This document shows, piece by piece, positions 1-12,137 of a DNA stretch of 64,000 nucleotides. Below the pieces are notes generated by a model. The model worked only from the letters and a program-made list of their open reading frames with translations. It was not told the DNA's origin and did no database searches. The translations under genes and the position numbers were made by a program. Source of the DNA: Octopus sinensis (Eukaryota). The stretch lies in assembly GCF_006345805.1 (NCBI RefSeq), contig NC_042999.1, positions 26,040,001 to 26,104,000 of the forward strand, in the 5' to 3' direction. Every line of letters starts with the position of its first letter. Positions within the stretch are counted from its first letter, which is position 1.

Positions 1-172
1 GCCGGCCTTGTCACTCTCTGTGTCACGCTGAATATCCCCGAGAACTACGTTAAGGGTACACGTGTCTGTGGAGTGCTCAGTCACTTACACGTTAATTTCA
101 CGAGCAGGCTGTTCCGTTGATCGGATCAACCGGAACCCCCGTCGTCGTAACCGACGGAGTGCTTCCATCCAT
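1..172 (+). mobile_element. 3' half of tRNA-derived CORE-type SINE (octopus OR-like, tail type 1), cut by window edge
   Basis: Near-identical to the 3' half of the full copy at 2292-2642 (gtgtcacgctgaatatccccgagaactacgttaagggt...gtaaccgacggagtgcttcc), ends in a CCAT-repeat tail. Confidence 0.85.
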
Positions 173-502
173 CCATCTTAATCCGTTATCACTGTTCCAG
201 CAATCTTCTGGAATTATACCTTAATTTTATTATATTTTTAAAGCAGAATTTTCATCTGAAGGAATTTATTTATTAAGGATGATAAATTTGTAAATGTATA
301 GTTTACTCTGGGACATTGATGGGACATATATTATATGAAAGTTATGAAAGTATTGTACTACGGATGCATTAATTGGTTTTAAATGTTCTATGTACTTCAA
401 GGCAGCATAATGTTACCTTGAACGTAAGGAAAGAAAGCGTAGTGCAATCTCGTCACTGAATAAATTACTTCTGTCTCATATGGGCGTTTATAATGTCTCT
501 AA

Positions 503-906
503 GGATCTTTTCGGTTTGACCGGCAGTTTTTTCTAGCGGTGTCATATGAAATTGTCACCCATAATTATGACCCTAGTATCGATCTACTGCATTTCAATCT
601 ATTTTAGGGTTAGGGTTAGGGGTGGGGGAAGGGTTTCCTTTTTTCTTCACAAATGTAAATAAACCCAATCTGTTTCTTAAACGAGTGACATATTCATACG
701 GCACAGAATGTTGTTTACCTCAACAGACGCCAGTGATTAGTTGAAATTGCAGAAATTAAAGAAAAAAACAACAAATATCTTAGAAACTATATCTCAATAA
801 AGAGAAAAAGATCTTTTATAAACACACTATACCAGTATACGAATTTAAAAATTTTTTAGTTACCTAGAAATTATGTTAAAAACTGCCGTTCAAACCGAAA
901 AGATCC
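503..906. mobile_element. Non-autonomous TIR DNA transposon (MITE), GG termini and 8-bp TSD, Merlin-like
   Basis: TIRs ggatcttttcggtttgaccggcagttttt / aaaaactgccgttcaaaccgaaaagatcc; exact TSD gtctctaa at 495-502 and 907-914; second copy at 4078-4491. Superfamily inferred from termini and TSD length only. Confidence 0.85.
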
Positions 907-1371
907 GTCTCTAACTAATTTATGTGATTGATGTTAAAAGTTCTTTACAATCACACTTCACTGTACCATATTACATGATAAACTATTGCAGCTATAAGTG
1001 CTATTTCATATACAAACTATACAAGTCTGAACTAGCTTGTCGTTATTTTGAAGCTAAGAGCTTCTTTAATAAACGCAGAACCATGTATGTCCATAAATCC
1101 ATTGACGAATGTTTACTCATGCATAAACAAACTTATGAGATTATCACTTACGTATCTATTTATTGATTTGTCTACCTACCCGTCTGTTTCTATGTATGGA
1201 AATAGATTGTGTATAATATTGCTGGAACAAATACATAGCAGTAAATATATATATATATATATATAATTTAAAATAGGATAAAATCTTTATAAGAATTTAT
1301 CAAGTTGTCAGCGTGGACAACATCATAAGAGAAAAAAATCCAACAATTTTTTCACTTAAATATATTTATTT

Positions 1372-1600
1372 ATATTATATAGGGGGCATTACTATACATA
1401 AATGCCACACGCTAGGAGGGACTCTTAAAGACAAAACTACCAAAATGAATAAACACATACCGAATGCAGCTAAATTCTGTTCTTAAATACTTGCTTCGAG
1501 AGTTGCATTCGGTACGTTTTTATTTATTTTAGTAGATTTGACTTTAAGAGTCCCTCCCATCGTGTGGCATTTATGTGTAATAATGCCCTCTATATAATAT
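1372..1600. repeat. Foldback element: ~100-bp inverted arms with ~29-nt spacer
   Basis: 1372-1471 is the approximate reverse complement of 1501-1600 (gggcatta..ataaatgccacacg..gggactcttaaag..cgaatgcagct vs agttgcattcg..ctttaagagtccc..cgtgtggcatttat..taatgccc). Confidence 0.85.
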
Positions 1601-2291
1601 ATATATATATATATATATACTCACGCACGCACACACACGCACACACATATATAGACATAGATATGCGTGTGTGTGAGTTATTTCATATTCGCCCGATGTT
1701 TGTCGCATGTGTAAATAGTAAATACAGGTTTCGTCTGCATAGAAGCTCGATGAATTGCATTTTTACTAGTCGAAATATCAGCGATTGAATTCCTTCATGA
1801 GAAAGTAATCGTATTAAACTAAACGTCAGCCTGACTTGTTTATTATAACACTTTTTATCATTAGCTGGAAGTCACAATTTCAAGGAAGAATCTAAAAACC
1901 CATTAAATGGAAACATTACTGATAGCTTTCTGAAAATTGTAGAAGGGTGAAATGTGAAGTTGTATGACTTCGAAATTTTGAAATCAGGGCAGAATGAAGA
2001 ATAACGGGATATTGATTTCACGGCATTACTTTTGCGCACAGTGCGTTACAATTGATGGTGTCGATCTCAGTATATTGACTTCATCGGGATTTGCAAGCAA
2101 AGCGTAAAAAGCTATAACAAAAATCACTGCTTATTTTATCCATTACTCTACTTTTTCTTTCTATCCATCATAATTTTATTCAGAGCTCTAATAATTCTGC
2201 TACAGATTCAGAGCTCTAATATACCTCACCCGTCTACTTGCGAAAGTGAAATACGTAAATAATATAAAGATTACTTACGATATTTCTTTCA

Positions 2292-2642
2292 TTGTGGAGG
2301 TGCAATGGCCCAGTGGTTAGGGCAGCGGACTCGCGGTCGTAGGATCGCGGTTTCGATTCCCAGACCGGGCGTTGTGAGTGTTTATTGAGCGAAAATACCT
2401 AAAGCTCCATGAGGCTCCGGCAGGGGATGGTGGTGATCCCTGCTGTACTCTTTCACCATAACTTTCTCTCACTCTTACTTCCTGTTTCTCTTGTGTCACG
2501 CTGAATATCCCCGAGAACTACGTTAAGGGTGCACGTATCTGTGGAGTGCTCAGCCACTTACACGTTAATTTCACGAGCAGGCTGTTCCGTTGATTCGGAT
2601 CAACCGGAACCCTCATCGTCGTAACCGACGGAGTGCTTCCAC
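2292..2642 (+). mobile_element. Full-length tRNA-derived CORE-type SINE (OR-like, tail type 1)
   Basis: Pol III A box (tggcccagtgg) and B box (gtttcgattcc), CORE-like block tttattgagcgaaaatacctaaagctcc; flanked by a 99-bp direct repeat (2193-2291 / 2643-2741). Confidence 0.9.
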
Positions 2643-3796
2643 AATTCTGCTACATATTCAGAGCTCTAATATGCCTCATCCGTCTACTTGCGAATGTGAA
2701 ATACGTAAATAATATAAAGATTACTTACGATATTTCTTTCACTATTTTAAATGTTTCCTGGTTGTGTTCTAAACTCACTATTATGATTTTTAGGTATATT
2801 TATAACATTTTCTCAGCATTTCCTCATATCAGTTTATAGCTGTTATTTTAGCAGTTGTAGTTTTTCCGTTAAACCTATCGCTGATTAAGTCTTATATTTT
2901 GTTTTTATCATCTTTGTTTCCATACTTTACTTCTGTTTTGGTTCATAATAATTTTTTTTTTCAGTCGTTATAATTATACCGTGTTCTTATAATCTGTAAT
3001 CACACGCAATGTGGCATGATTGAATATTCGAACCACAAAGATCAACAGGATAAACCTGGTTAAACTCGATGATTAATGTTTGATTTAAACATTTGGTCGG
3101 CGTTAATGTAAAAGCGCAAAGTGCGGGATAAATCGAAAACAAAAATAAGAATACACGAAAGCAAATAAAAAAAAAGAAAGAAAAGAAAATATGCAAATAA
3201 TCACACGAACAAACCATTATTTCCTTTTAATACTTTTGTGGCAGGATATAAATGAAGCAGGAGCCTAAACATGGAACTATACAATGTCATATTTATAATT
3301 ACTGTCAAGAATCCTGCTGATGTATAATCTTAGCAGAGAGGCTAAAATATTTCCCAGGTTTAGCTTTTGTATTATTCAGATTTGCTGATTGAACGTTGCA
3401 TATTTGAGGTTAGTGACAAATGATTTTGTAAAATGATTTCGTTTGGTAGTGCTGTTATATATTTTCAAATGGAAACCAAGGCAACACTAAAGCAAATAAA
3501 TATTTATTTACCTTGTTCTATTTCTATATTTTTGAATACCTTTCTCATCTCCTAAGTATTTCGACATAATAGTTCGATAGGTTTTTCTCTCCCTTTCTAT
3601 AGACTTCAGGTGATTATACTCCGATTAGTTTAGCTATTTATGCATTCCATGTCCATGTTACATACACTTAGAATTAGTTAGACTGTTACAATCGAAACTG
3701 ATTTAAGAATTTATCGAATCAAAATTTATTTTAGTAAAGATTACTTAAAGGTGTCTTATAGATTTTAAGCTTTTACATATGCATTGCTAGATCCAT

Positions 3797-3833
<37 letters not shown>

Positions 3834-4077
3834 TGACTTCGGAATCTTATCCAGTGCTAAAACGAAATGTTTTTCCTATGTTCAGATTGTATGCATTATA
3901 TTTTGTCCATGATCTACATCACAGAACTATACTTCTCATACAATATGCTGGCTAGAATAAATGGTACTAATAAAGATTCTGACATATTCATACGATTTTA
4001 ATTGTGATACTGGGAATTTCCCGAAGCAGCTCTGAGTTATATAACGGAGACTAAACTATAAATATAGTAATGACATG

Positions 4078-4491
4078 GGATGTTTTCGGTTTGAACGGCA
4101 GTTTTTTCTAGCGGTGTCATAGGAAATTGTCACCCATAATTATGACCCTAGTATCGATCTATTGCATTTCAATCTGTTTTAGGGTTAGGGTTAGTGGTGG
4201 GGGAAGGGTATCTTTTTTCTTCGCAAATGTAAATAAACCCAATCTGTTTCTTAAACGAGTGACATATTCATACGGCACAGAATGTTTTTTTTACCTCAAT
4301 GGACGTCATTGATTGGTTGAAATTGCAGAAATTGAAGAAAAAAAACAAATATCTTACAAACTATAGAATTTTCTCAATAAGGCCAAGAGAAAAAGATGTT
4401 TTATAAACACGTTCTACCAGTATACGAAGTTTAGAATTTTTTAGTTACCTAGAAATTATGTTAAAAACTGCCGTTCAAACCGAAAAGATCT
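4078..4491. mobile_element. Second copy of the GG-terminal, 8-bp-TSD MITE (Merlin-like)
   Basis: Same TIRs and body as 503-906; TSD atgacatg (4070-4077) / atgacgtg (4492-4499), one mismatch. Confidence 0.85.
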
Positions 4492-5574
4492 ATGACGTGT
4501 TACTTTTTGGGATATCCGTTTCAGAGATTTGTTGGAAAAACAAACTAGACACTTCATTGAAAATGACCTGTCAGGATTTACAATATTATATCACTCCACA
4601 GTTTTCGACATTACTTTCAACTTAAAGCTTCTATCTGATCGCGTTTGTAATTTCTATACGTAGTTCTCATAAAGAAAACTTGTCGATTAATTATTTGTAT
4701 ACTCTACGTATGTTTGAAATATGGGAACAAAATTCTCAGAGGTTAGACCCAGAAAAAAAGTCGGTAGGGTGATATGACAAAAGTTGAGCTTTGCTAAAAA
4801 GTCACGGATAAGGGAGTCGCTTAATCAATGCCGTTATCTGGGTACATCTTACTGGTTTTATCAAGCCGTGTGTCAGAAAACCACCCTTTGTATTTCATCT
4901 CTCAAATCTCACAGAATATTCGAATAAATCTTTCTTTTAACCTTCTGACACGTAGAAAAATTCATGACGAAATTCATGATTCAAACAAAACACAGAAAAA
5001 AAGTATCAGCTACACATTTGAGGAACTTTATTCTAATTTTTGAATGGTGCTCTTCGATTAAGTTGTTTAGCATTTCCTGCATTATTTCATTCATTTAGGT
5101 TTTCGTTATTTATATATTTAGGCGTTGATTATTTACGCGTTTATATGTTTATACAGAACATTTGACCACGAAGGCCGACCCCAATACCTGGTTTTGTAGG
5201 CGAAGTGCTATCTGTGACCAGCGCCTCAGGTTGAATAGTAAATCTTGTAAAAGGCTTTTGAAGAATGCGAACAGCGTGGAAGCTCATAGTAAATGTATGC
5301 ACAACTCTATCTGTTGACAATCATATATATGCGTGTGTATTGTGTGTGTGAAGTAAGCTAAAGAAATATCATTTTTAACGATGAAATCAAAACTCGGTGT
5401 TTTCGCTTAAAGCTGCACGTGTGCTGTTTGTTATGCACCGAATTTTACAAAGATTCATTCGTCATTTTGATACCTTCCAACAATCAATTAGTTATCAACT
5501 TCTCATGAATATGAAGTAAACGGCGCATTTATGGACGAAAATCTGATACAAAATGAATCTATGTATTTGTCCAC

Positions 5575-5590
5575 CTGTCTATCTGTCTAT

Positions 5591-5671
<81 letters not shown>

Positions 5672-5672
5672 C
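5575..5672. repeat. (TCTA)n microsatellite 5' of the Tx1-like element
   Basis: Direct reading. Confidence 0.95.
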
Positions 5673-5677
5673 ATCTA

Positions 5678-7264
5678 GCCGCTTTGTACAGAGGCATCCG
5701 TTCGGTAATTCGCGTGAATGGACATCTATCGAGACCCTTCGACATCGCACGTTCGGTCCGTCAGGGATGCCCCCTCTCGTCGCTTCTATACGTATTGACT
5801 CTCGAGCCATTATTGCGGAAGCTGGCAACCTTGAGAGGCATCCCGCGAGAACTGGGATGCGGGACGAGCGTGTCTGCATACGCGGACGACGTCACCATCA
5901 TAGTGTCTAGCCACGAGCACATCGAGCAGGTCGGCGAGACACTGAAAAACTACGAAGCGGTGACAGGAGCAAAAATCAACCGGGAAAAGTCAGTGGGCTT
6001 GCGACTCGGCACCTGGAGAAGCAAGCCCATGCCGTCCACCAGCGCCTCCGTCGTGGGACGCTGGACCGACGGCCCGGTTGAGTTGCTCGGGGTCTGGTTT
6101 GGTCCGGACCTCCAAGTGGAGAAGAACTGGAACGAGATAACGAGTAGGGTGGTCACTCTCGCCCGGCAATGGGCCGAGAGGAGACTGTCCCTAAAAGGTC
6201 GGGCGGAGGTGGCGAACACGTACATCGCGTCCGTCATCTACTACCGCCTGACTGTCGTACCTTGTCCCGACCCTACCATCACCAAACTACAACGCATCCT
6301 CTTTCGCTTCTTGTGGAAAGGATGCGTCCCGATGGTCAGGCGATCCATTTGCTGTCAACACCCGTTAAAAGGAGGGCTGGGCATGCCGTGGTTGATGATG
6401 CGCAGACACGCGCTGAGACTGCGACATCTCTGGCTCTATGTAGACGACGGTGAACAGGTGTGGTCGCCGTTTGTGAGGCACGCTTTCCCGCAGCTCATCT
6501 CCATGACCGAACTGCAGTCGTGGATCAAAAAGAGGCCGAAGAAGGGCGAATGGCACCGCGAGTGTCGCGTTGCTCTCAAGCAACTCTGCCGTCCTGGGTC
6601 GACCTTGAGTGACTTCAACACAACCAAAGCATTCTATAGGGGTTTAGTGGAGGGGAGGTACGACGACGAGCTCGGGGCGAACCTCGACGTCGACGAGGAG
6701 TACCTGACCCGCCTGTTCAGGACGACTTTCGGGCCAGGGCCCATGGACAACTTCCAGAGATCCCTGGCCTGGCAGTGCTACCGAGAAGCGCTACCCGTTC
6801 GGGATAATCTCTACAGACACGGCTCGAGAAACACGGGGCCGACCTGCCCGAGATGCGGTCAGAGCGACGAAACCGTTCTGCACGCACTCGTGCAGTGTCC
6901 AACAATTTCCGACCTGTGGGCTTGTGTCGAACAACTGCTGTCACGTGTGGGACGAGTCGGTTTATCAGCTGAGTCTATCGTTAATATTGTCACGCCTCCC
7001 TCCTTCAAACGGGAAGGAAGAGCTATTTTCATCATCCTTGTGGCTATGGCGAAAGAATGTATCTGGTGGACGCGTCTGAAAGGATTGGAGACAAACACTT
7101 TCCTCTCTGGTCAATCTCTCATCAACTTCTTCAAGTACCACTTGAAAAGGAAAGTGAGAGTAGAGAGGCAAGTTTTGTCTAGCGAATGTTTTAAAAAAAG
7201 ATGGGTGAATGTAGCAAGAATGGCACGTATGAATGACGAAGCCACCCTGAGCACGATCCTATGA
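5678..7264 (+). CDS. ORF2 remnant: C-terminal half of reverse transcriptase plus C-terminal Cys/His (zf-RVT-like) domain; 528 uninterrupted codons, no native start
   Basis: VRQGCPLSSLLYVLTLEPL, YADDVT, GAKINREKS, LLGVWF, CPRCGQSDETVLHALVQC; the first 49 aa of the ORF-track entry are flank and microsatellite. Confidence 0.9.
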   Translation, partial: AALYRGIRSVIRVNGHLSRPFDIARSVRQGCPLSSLLYVLTLEPLLRKLATLRGIPRELGCGTSVSAYADDVTIIVSSHEHIEQVGETLKNYEAVTGAKINREKSVGLRLGTWRSKPMPSTSASVVGRWTDGPVELLGVWFGPDLQVEKNWNEITSRVVTLARQWAERRLSLKGRAEVANTYIASVIYYRLTVVPCPDPTITKLQRILFRFLWKGCVPMVRRSICCQHPLKGGLGMPWLMMRRHALRLRHLWLYVDDGEQVWSPFVRHAFPQLISMTELQSWIKKRPKKGEWHRECRVALKQLCRPGSTLSDFNTTKAFYRGLVEGRYDDELGANLDVDEEYLTRLFRTTFGPGPMDNFQRSLAWQCYREALPVRDNLYRHGSRNTGPTCPRCGQSDETVLHALVQCPTISDLWACVEQLLSRVGRVGLSAESIVNIVTPPSFKREGRAIFIILVAMAKECIWWTRLKGLETNTFLSGQSLINFFKYHLKRKVRVERQVLSSECFKKRWVNVARMARMNDEATLSTIL

Positions 7265-7638
7265 ACCCAGAAATTGAAAACAGAGAGTTGCTTATTTGCA
7301 AAAAAAAAAAAAAAAAAGAAATATAACATGTGACTCCATTGACCGAGGTTACCGTGGTCTTTTCCGTAGGCTTTTCTTCCCACGGGTAAACCTCATCTGT
7401 CCTCCCCTTTACACTTCATATTGACATTTCTGTGATAACGATCCCTGTTGATCAAATTTTTTTTTTTTTTCCTCTCCCCCTTTTTTTTAACCCCCTTTTT
7501 TTGTCCTCTTTCTCTCCTTTTACGATCCCTTTTGATCGAAACTCCCCCTTCCTTTTTTTTTTTTAAACCTTCAAAAGAAAAGCTCTACCTTGTAATTTGT
7601 TCTATCTGTGTGCAGCCCTGTGTGGCTAATAAAGAAAC
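5678..7638 (+). mobile_element. 5'-truncated L1-clade (Tx1-like) non-LTR retrotransposon embedded in (TATC)n
   Basis: GC-rich island; RT motifs and 3' UTR ending aataaagaaac; TATC arrays on both sides; 3' end matches 12723-13189 and 53360-53580. Confidence 0.88.
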
Positions 7639-7639
7639 A

Positions 7640-7925
<286 letters not shown>

Positions 7926-8443
7926 TCGATAGTAAGATAGATCGATATATGCACACACGTGCGTATATCTATGTATTTATGCATTTATGTTTGCAGTCAA
8001 GTGGCGCATTTCAGTTTTTGTTCCGTGTAGAATAAATGATTCGAAATATGATTTCTTGGATACAACCACATTCACAAAAGACCGTTCTTGATTTTATGAT
8101 TCTAAGAATTGTATAATATCTCCGTATGCTTTGATATCACAGAGATAGCTTTGTCGTCGCTGTTGATGCAGTTTGGGATCTGCATGATTCAATACTCAAT
8201 ATCCTTAATCCTGCAAATATCTGCCCTTGAATATAACCATTATAGGGGTTGATTGTTGGATGTGAAAATGGAACAAAGTTGCACTATTTCACTACAGGCA
8301 TTTGAAGTTTATTTTTATATAAGTCATTCTCTTTTTGCTGAAAACCTGTTTAGTGGGACGTTTATTGTCATGCAAGCAATGTGGGTAAACATCTAACGCG
8401 ATTAGCTTATATATAAATTGGCCGTTACATTATTATTATTATT

Positions 8444-8477
<34 letters not shown>

Positions 8478-8859
8478 CCATCATCACTCGGCTACTACCT
8501 TGCCAAACAGAAATCTATAGTCTGTTGAGTCGATAATATATGCTGGCATATTCTGGCAGCATAACAAATGCATTTCGTTATCGTGAATAAAAACAATGGG
8601 TTTTGAGTGTAAACTGTGTTGAAACAGCAGTTCGTGGATTCTGGTCAATATTTTGTTGGTGTTTAACAGGTAAATCATTTCAACACAACTCAGGTTAAAT
8701 TATTGTAAAACAGTACAGCATGACGATGCTAGTTCTGACCTGCAGCGGCAAATATGAACTTGTTTGTAAACGTAATTTTGCAAGAAGAGAAGTCAAACGT
8801 TTCATGCAGAGAATTTGTGAGAAGGGAAATGTCTAAAACTATTGGTCACTTATTTTGAC

Positions 8860-9270
8860 ATAAGGCCAGCAATTTCGTTGCAAGGAGTAAGTCAATTATA
8901 TCGACCCCAGGATTCAGCTGGTACTTATTTTACAGACCCGTAAAGGATGAGCGGTAAAGTAGACCGCGACCGAATGTTCAAAAAGGACGATATGCTACTA
9001 AGAATTTTTTCCGGTGTGCTGATGATTCTGCCGCCCTTAAATGCCTGTTAATATTAATTTCAAATGTTGTCATAAGGCTAGTAATTTCGAAGCAGGAGGC
9101 AAATGGATTACATTCAGCCAGCTTGTTCAACTAGTACCTATTTTATTGACCCCGAAAAGATGAAAGTCAAATCGACCTGAGCGGAATTAGAACTCAGAAC
9201 GTTAAGACAAAAGAAATGCCGTTAAACATTTATGCTCGGCTTGCTAACGATTCTGTCAGCTCACCGCTCT
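8860..9270 (-). mobile_element. Two decayed head-to-tail Nin-domain-like SINE copies
   Basis: Each has tcgacccca..ctggtacttatttt..gaccc..aaagatga..aaagt..gacc..gcggaatt.gaactcagaacg, matching the young copies at 51030 and 56036. Confidence 0.7.
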
Positions 9271-9501
9271 AAAACCTCTACTCCCATCAGAGAGTGAATA
9301 TATTGGGACGAGTGAGAGCAAGAGAAAATGGTTATGAGAATAGAAAAGAAAAGAGAAGTGTTAAAATAGTCGTAATTGAGAAAGGCACAACGCCGAGAAC
9401 TACGGGAAAATAGAAATAATTCCGGCAGATTGGAAAATACAAATGATCTGGAGTAACAGAATTAACAAATTGCTTATATGTACATACATAAATATATATA
9501 T

Positions 9502-9564
<63 letters not shown>

Positions 9565-9607
9565 ATATATATATATTAATATATGTGCGTATGTGTATGT
9601 GTGTTTC

Positions 9608-9664
<57 letters not shown>

Positions 9665-9666
<2 letters not shown>

Positions 9667-9945
9667 TTTATAAATGAGGGCAAAGGAAAAAAATTCTAAT
9701 GCCAAATATGCCGAAAAATTGGACATATTGTCCATTAACCATATAATTTTTTCACAATACGCACGCTACTCGAAAAAAGATCGACAGAAATTTCTAAAAA
9801 ATTCCATTATTACCATATCGGACCGATTTCAGGGTTAGCTTATAACAGCCCTCCCTTCGTCAGTGATATGGTTAATGGACAATATGTCCAATTTTTCGGC
9901 ATATTTGGCATTAGAATTTTTTTCCTTTGCCCTCATTTATGAATT
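9665..9945. mobile_element. Penelope-type fragment with 80-bp inverted arms and an internal hammerhead-like motif
   Basis: 9665-9744 vs reverse complement of 9866-9945 match 79/80; interior carries CTGACGA..GAAA..GTC on the minus strand; sits next to (TA)n. The Penelope label is inferred from the motif. Confidence 0.7.
9813..9871 (-). ncRNA. Candidate minimal type I hammerhead ribozyme
   Basis: Minus strand: ccatatca-CTGACGA-AGGG[18 nt]CCCT-GAAA-tcgg-TC-cgatatgg; 7-bp stem I, 4-bp stem II, stem III reduced to one pair around a tetraloop, GUC cleavage triplet. Confidence 0.6.
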
Positions 9946-10049
9946 GTTTATAAATTTAACCGTTAAAGGTATTTTTTAACATGCTGGCCATTGATAAAAT
10001 TTTTTTAGAGAAAATATTATTTTTTTTCGAAAAGAATATCCTCACATTT

Positions 10050-10122
<73 letters not shown>

Positions 10123-10133
10123 ATATATAATAT

Positions 10134-10210
<77 letters not shown>

Positions 10211-11457
10211 GTGTGTGTGTGAGTCTATATACAGACACATAACACTACTTTGCTACAAGTACATATATGCAAAGTGGCGTTAGTGGCGGTAATCTGACAG
10301 TATGATCGGCATTAATATCTATAGCGTTATTCTGAACTAGGGCTTACAAATGAATGTAGGTCTATGAGGTTTTGCAGAATATCATTATATTATTACGAAC
10401 AGCATGCATTTGCTGACGATATCCTTCCTTATACGACATCTTGTTTCATCCATTTATAAAGCAATTCAGAATTTAGATTTAATATACACTATCAAGAACC
10501 CTCTTGCTTTCAAAGTGTCTTTATTATAAAGCTCTAATGAGACTTCTACCTCGTTTCATATTATTCACGCCTGATCTGCCTTCTCATCACGAAATTCCTC
10601 CGAGACCCTCAAATATGCCAGGTCACCCGAAGGCAGAGTTGCCTTTTGGACGGCCTTCGCCCTATGACTTTTACCACCATGCACACTTCTTTTGCACTTT
10701 AAATTCATTTCTTCTGATCCAATAATTACTTCTGTTTTCTAATCTTCTCTGCTCTCTTTCAAAAAACACAAAGCCTGGCATGAACTTTTCTTAAAAGCTT
10801 TCTACCCTTCGGCACTATTAATTGCAACCGTATTATATGCTATATTTATCACTTCACCTCCAGCAACAGGCTCATAACCTGACGCAATAACTAATTCTAT
10901 GTCAGTGACTACGTTTATTGAAAACCACATGAAACTCATATGTTGTATCAAGTGTTGGCAGTTTAGTTAAAGTATATAAATTAGATATTTCATTAAATCT
11001 GGTCCGTATTTCAAAATTAAAATAATATATATTCGGAACATGTATACTATGAATAAAGATATCGAGTTGATTTATGGCAATCATTAGAGAGATGTAAATT
11101 CAGTAAAAAGGAGAAAAAAATCGATGCCTTTCAAATGTATTGATTAAGTAAGAAAATTACTGTTGCATACACATACTGAAAATATAACTGCGAAAGTGTC
11201 TATGTGTCTCTAGGCATGCTGTGCTGCTTGTGTGTGAGTACACACGTACGCGCCCCCTCCACAACTCCGCCACATATGTGCAAACATGTATAAGCTTATG
11301 CATGTATGTGTCTGTGCGTTTGCCTATATATATATATATGTGTGTGTGTGTGTGCTTGTGAATTTGTGATCATGTATGTATACTTATATATATAAATATG
11401 CATGTACATTTATAGATGTATGCGTGCACACATACATACATAAATGCATGTATGTGT

Positions 11458-11501
<44 letters not shown>

Positions 11502-12137
11502 CTAGAGATATCTATAGATGTATACGTATGTGTGTGTGTGTTTCTGTCTGTGTGTCTGTGTGTCCATGTGTGTGCGTGTGTGTGTGTGTGTGTGTATGCA
11601 TACTTGTATAGGCAACCATATATGCATTACCTACACACATAACTAAATACGTTTAACGTCCTGAAATATACGCATAAAAAAAAAACAGAAACAAAAGCAG
11701 GTATTGCAAATAGCTTTAATGCATTAATATAAATCAAGTGGAAGAAATGTTGGCAAATTGCCTGCTGCTCTTGGTTGGGTCACTCTAACCACTCAGACTG
11801 GAGCGCTTTAAGATATATTTATTATTTTCCTTGCTGATCAAATTTTCTTTTCTTTCTGGCGACAGAAAACAAGTTCGTAAGTAGATAATAATTGGAAATA
11901 TTTAAATCAAGATTGTTTTATCCTACTAACGGCAGCTACTTATTCAGTCCCCGTGCAGTAGTTTATGAAAAATAGCTCAGGAAACGAGGAGCGAGGATTT
12001 ATCAATTAATCTGTCTGTATCAATCTCTAACCCTCTTTCACTTTGTGTGTCTCTTTAGATTTCGTGTATGTGTGGTATGTATGTATATGCACACAAACAC
12101 ACACACACATACACATTCACGCGCACACACACACATA

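Noticed and set aside
605-622. Telomere or telomere-healing site (TTAGGG)n
   Set aside because: Only 2-3 units, internal to a MITE and present at the same position in the second copy
5531-5677. ATG-initiated 577-aa ORF as a complete gene or chimeric protein
   Set aside because: The first 49 codons are flank plus (TCTA)n, which has no stop in any plus frame; the RT begins mid-domain, so this is 5' truncation with incidental read-through
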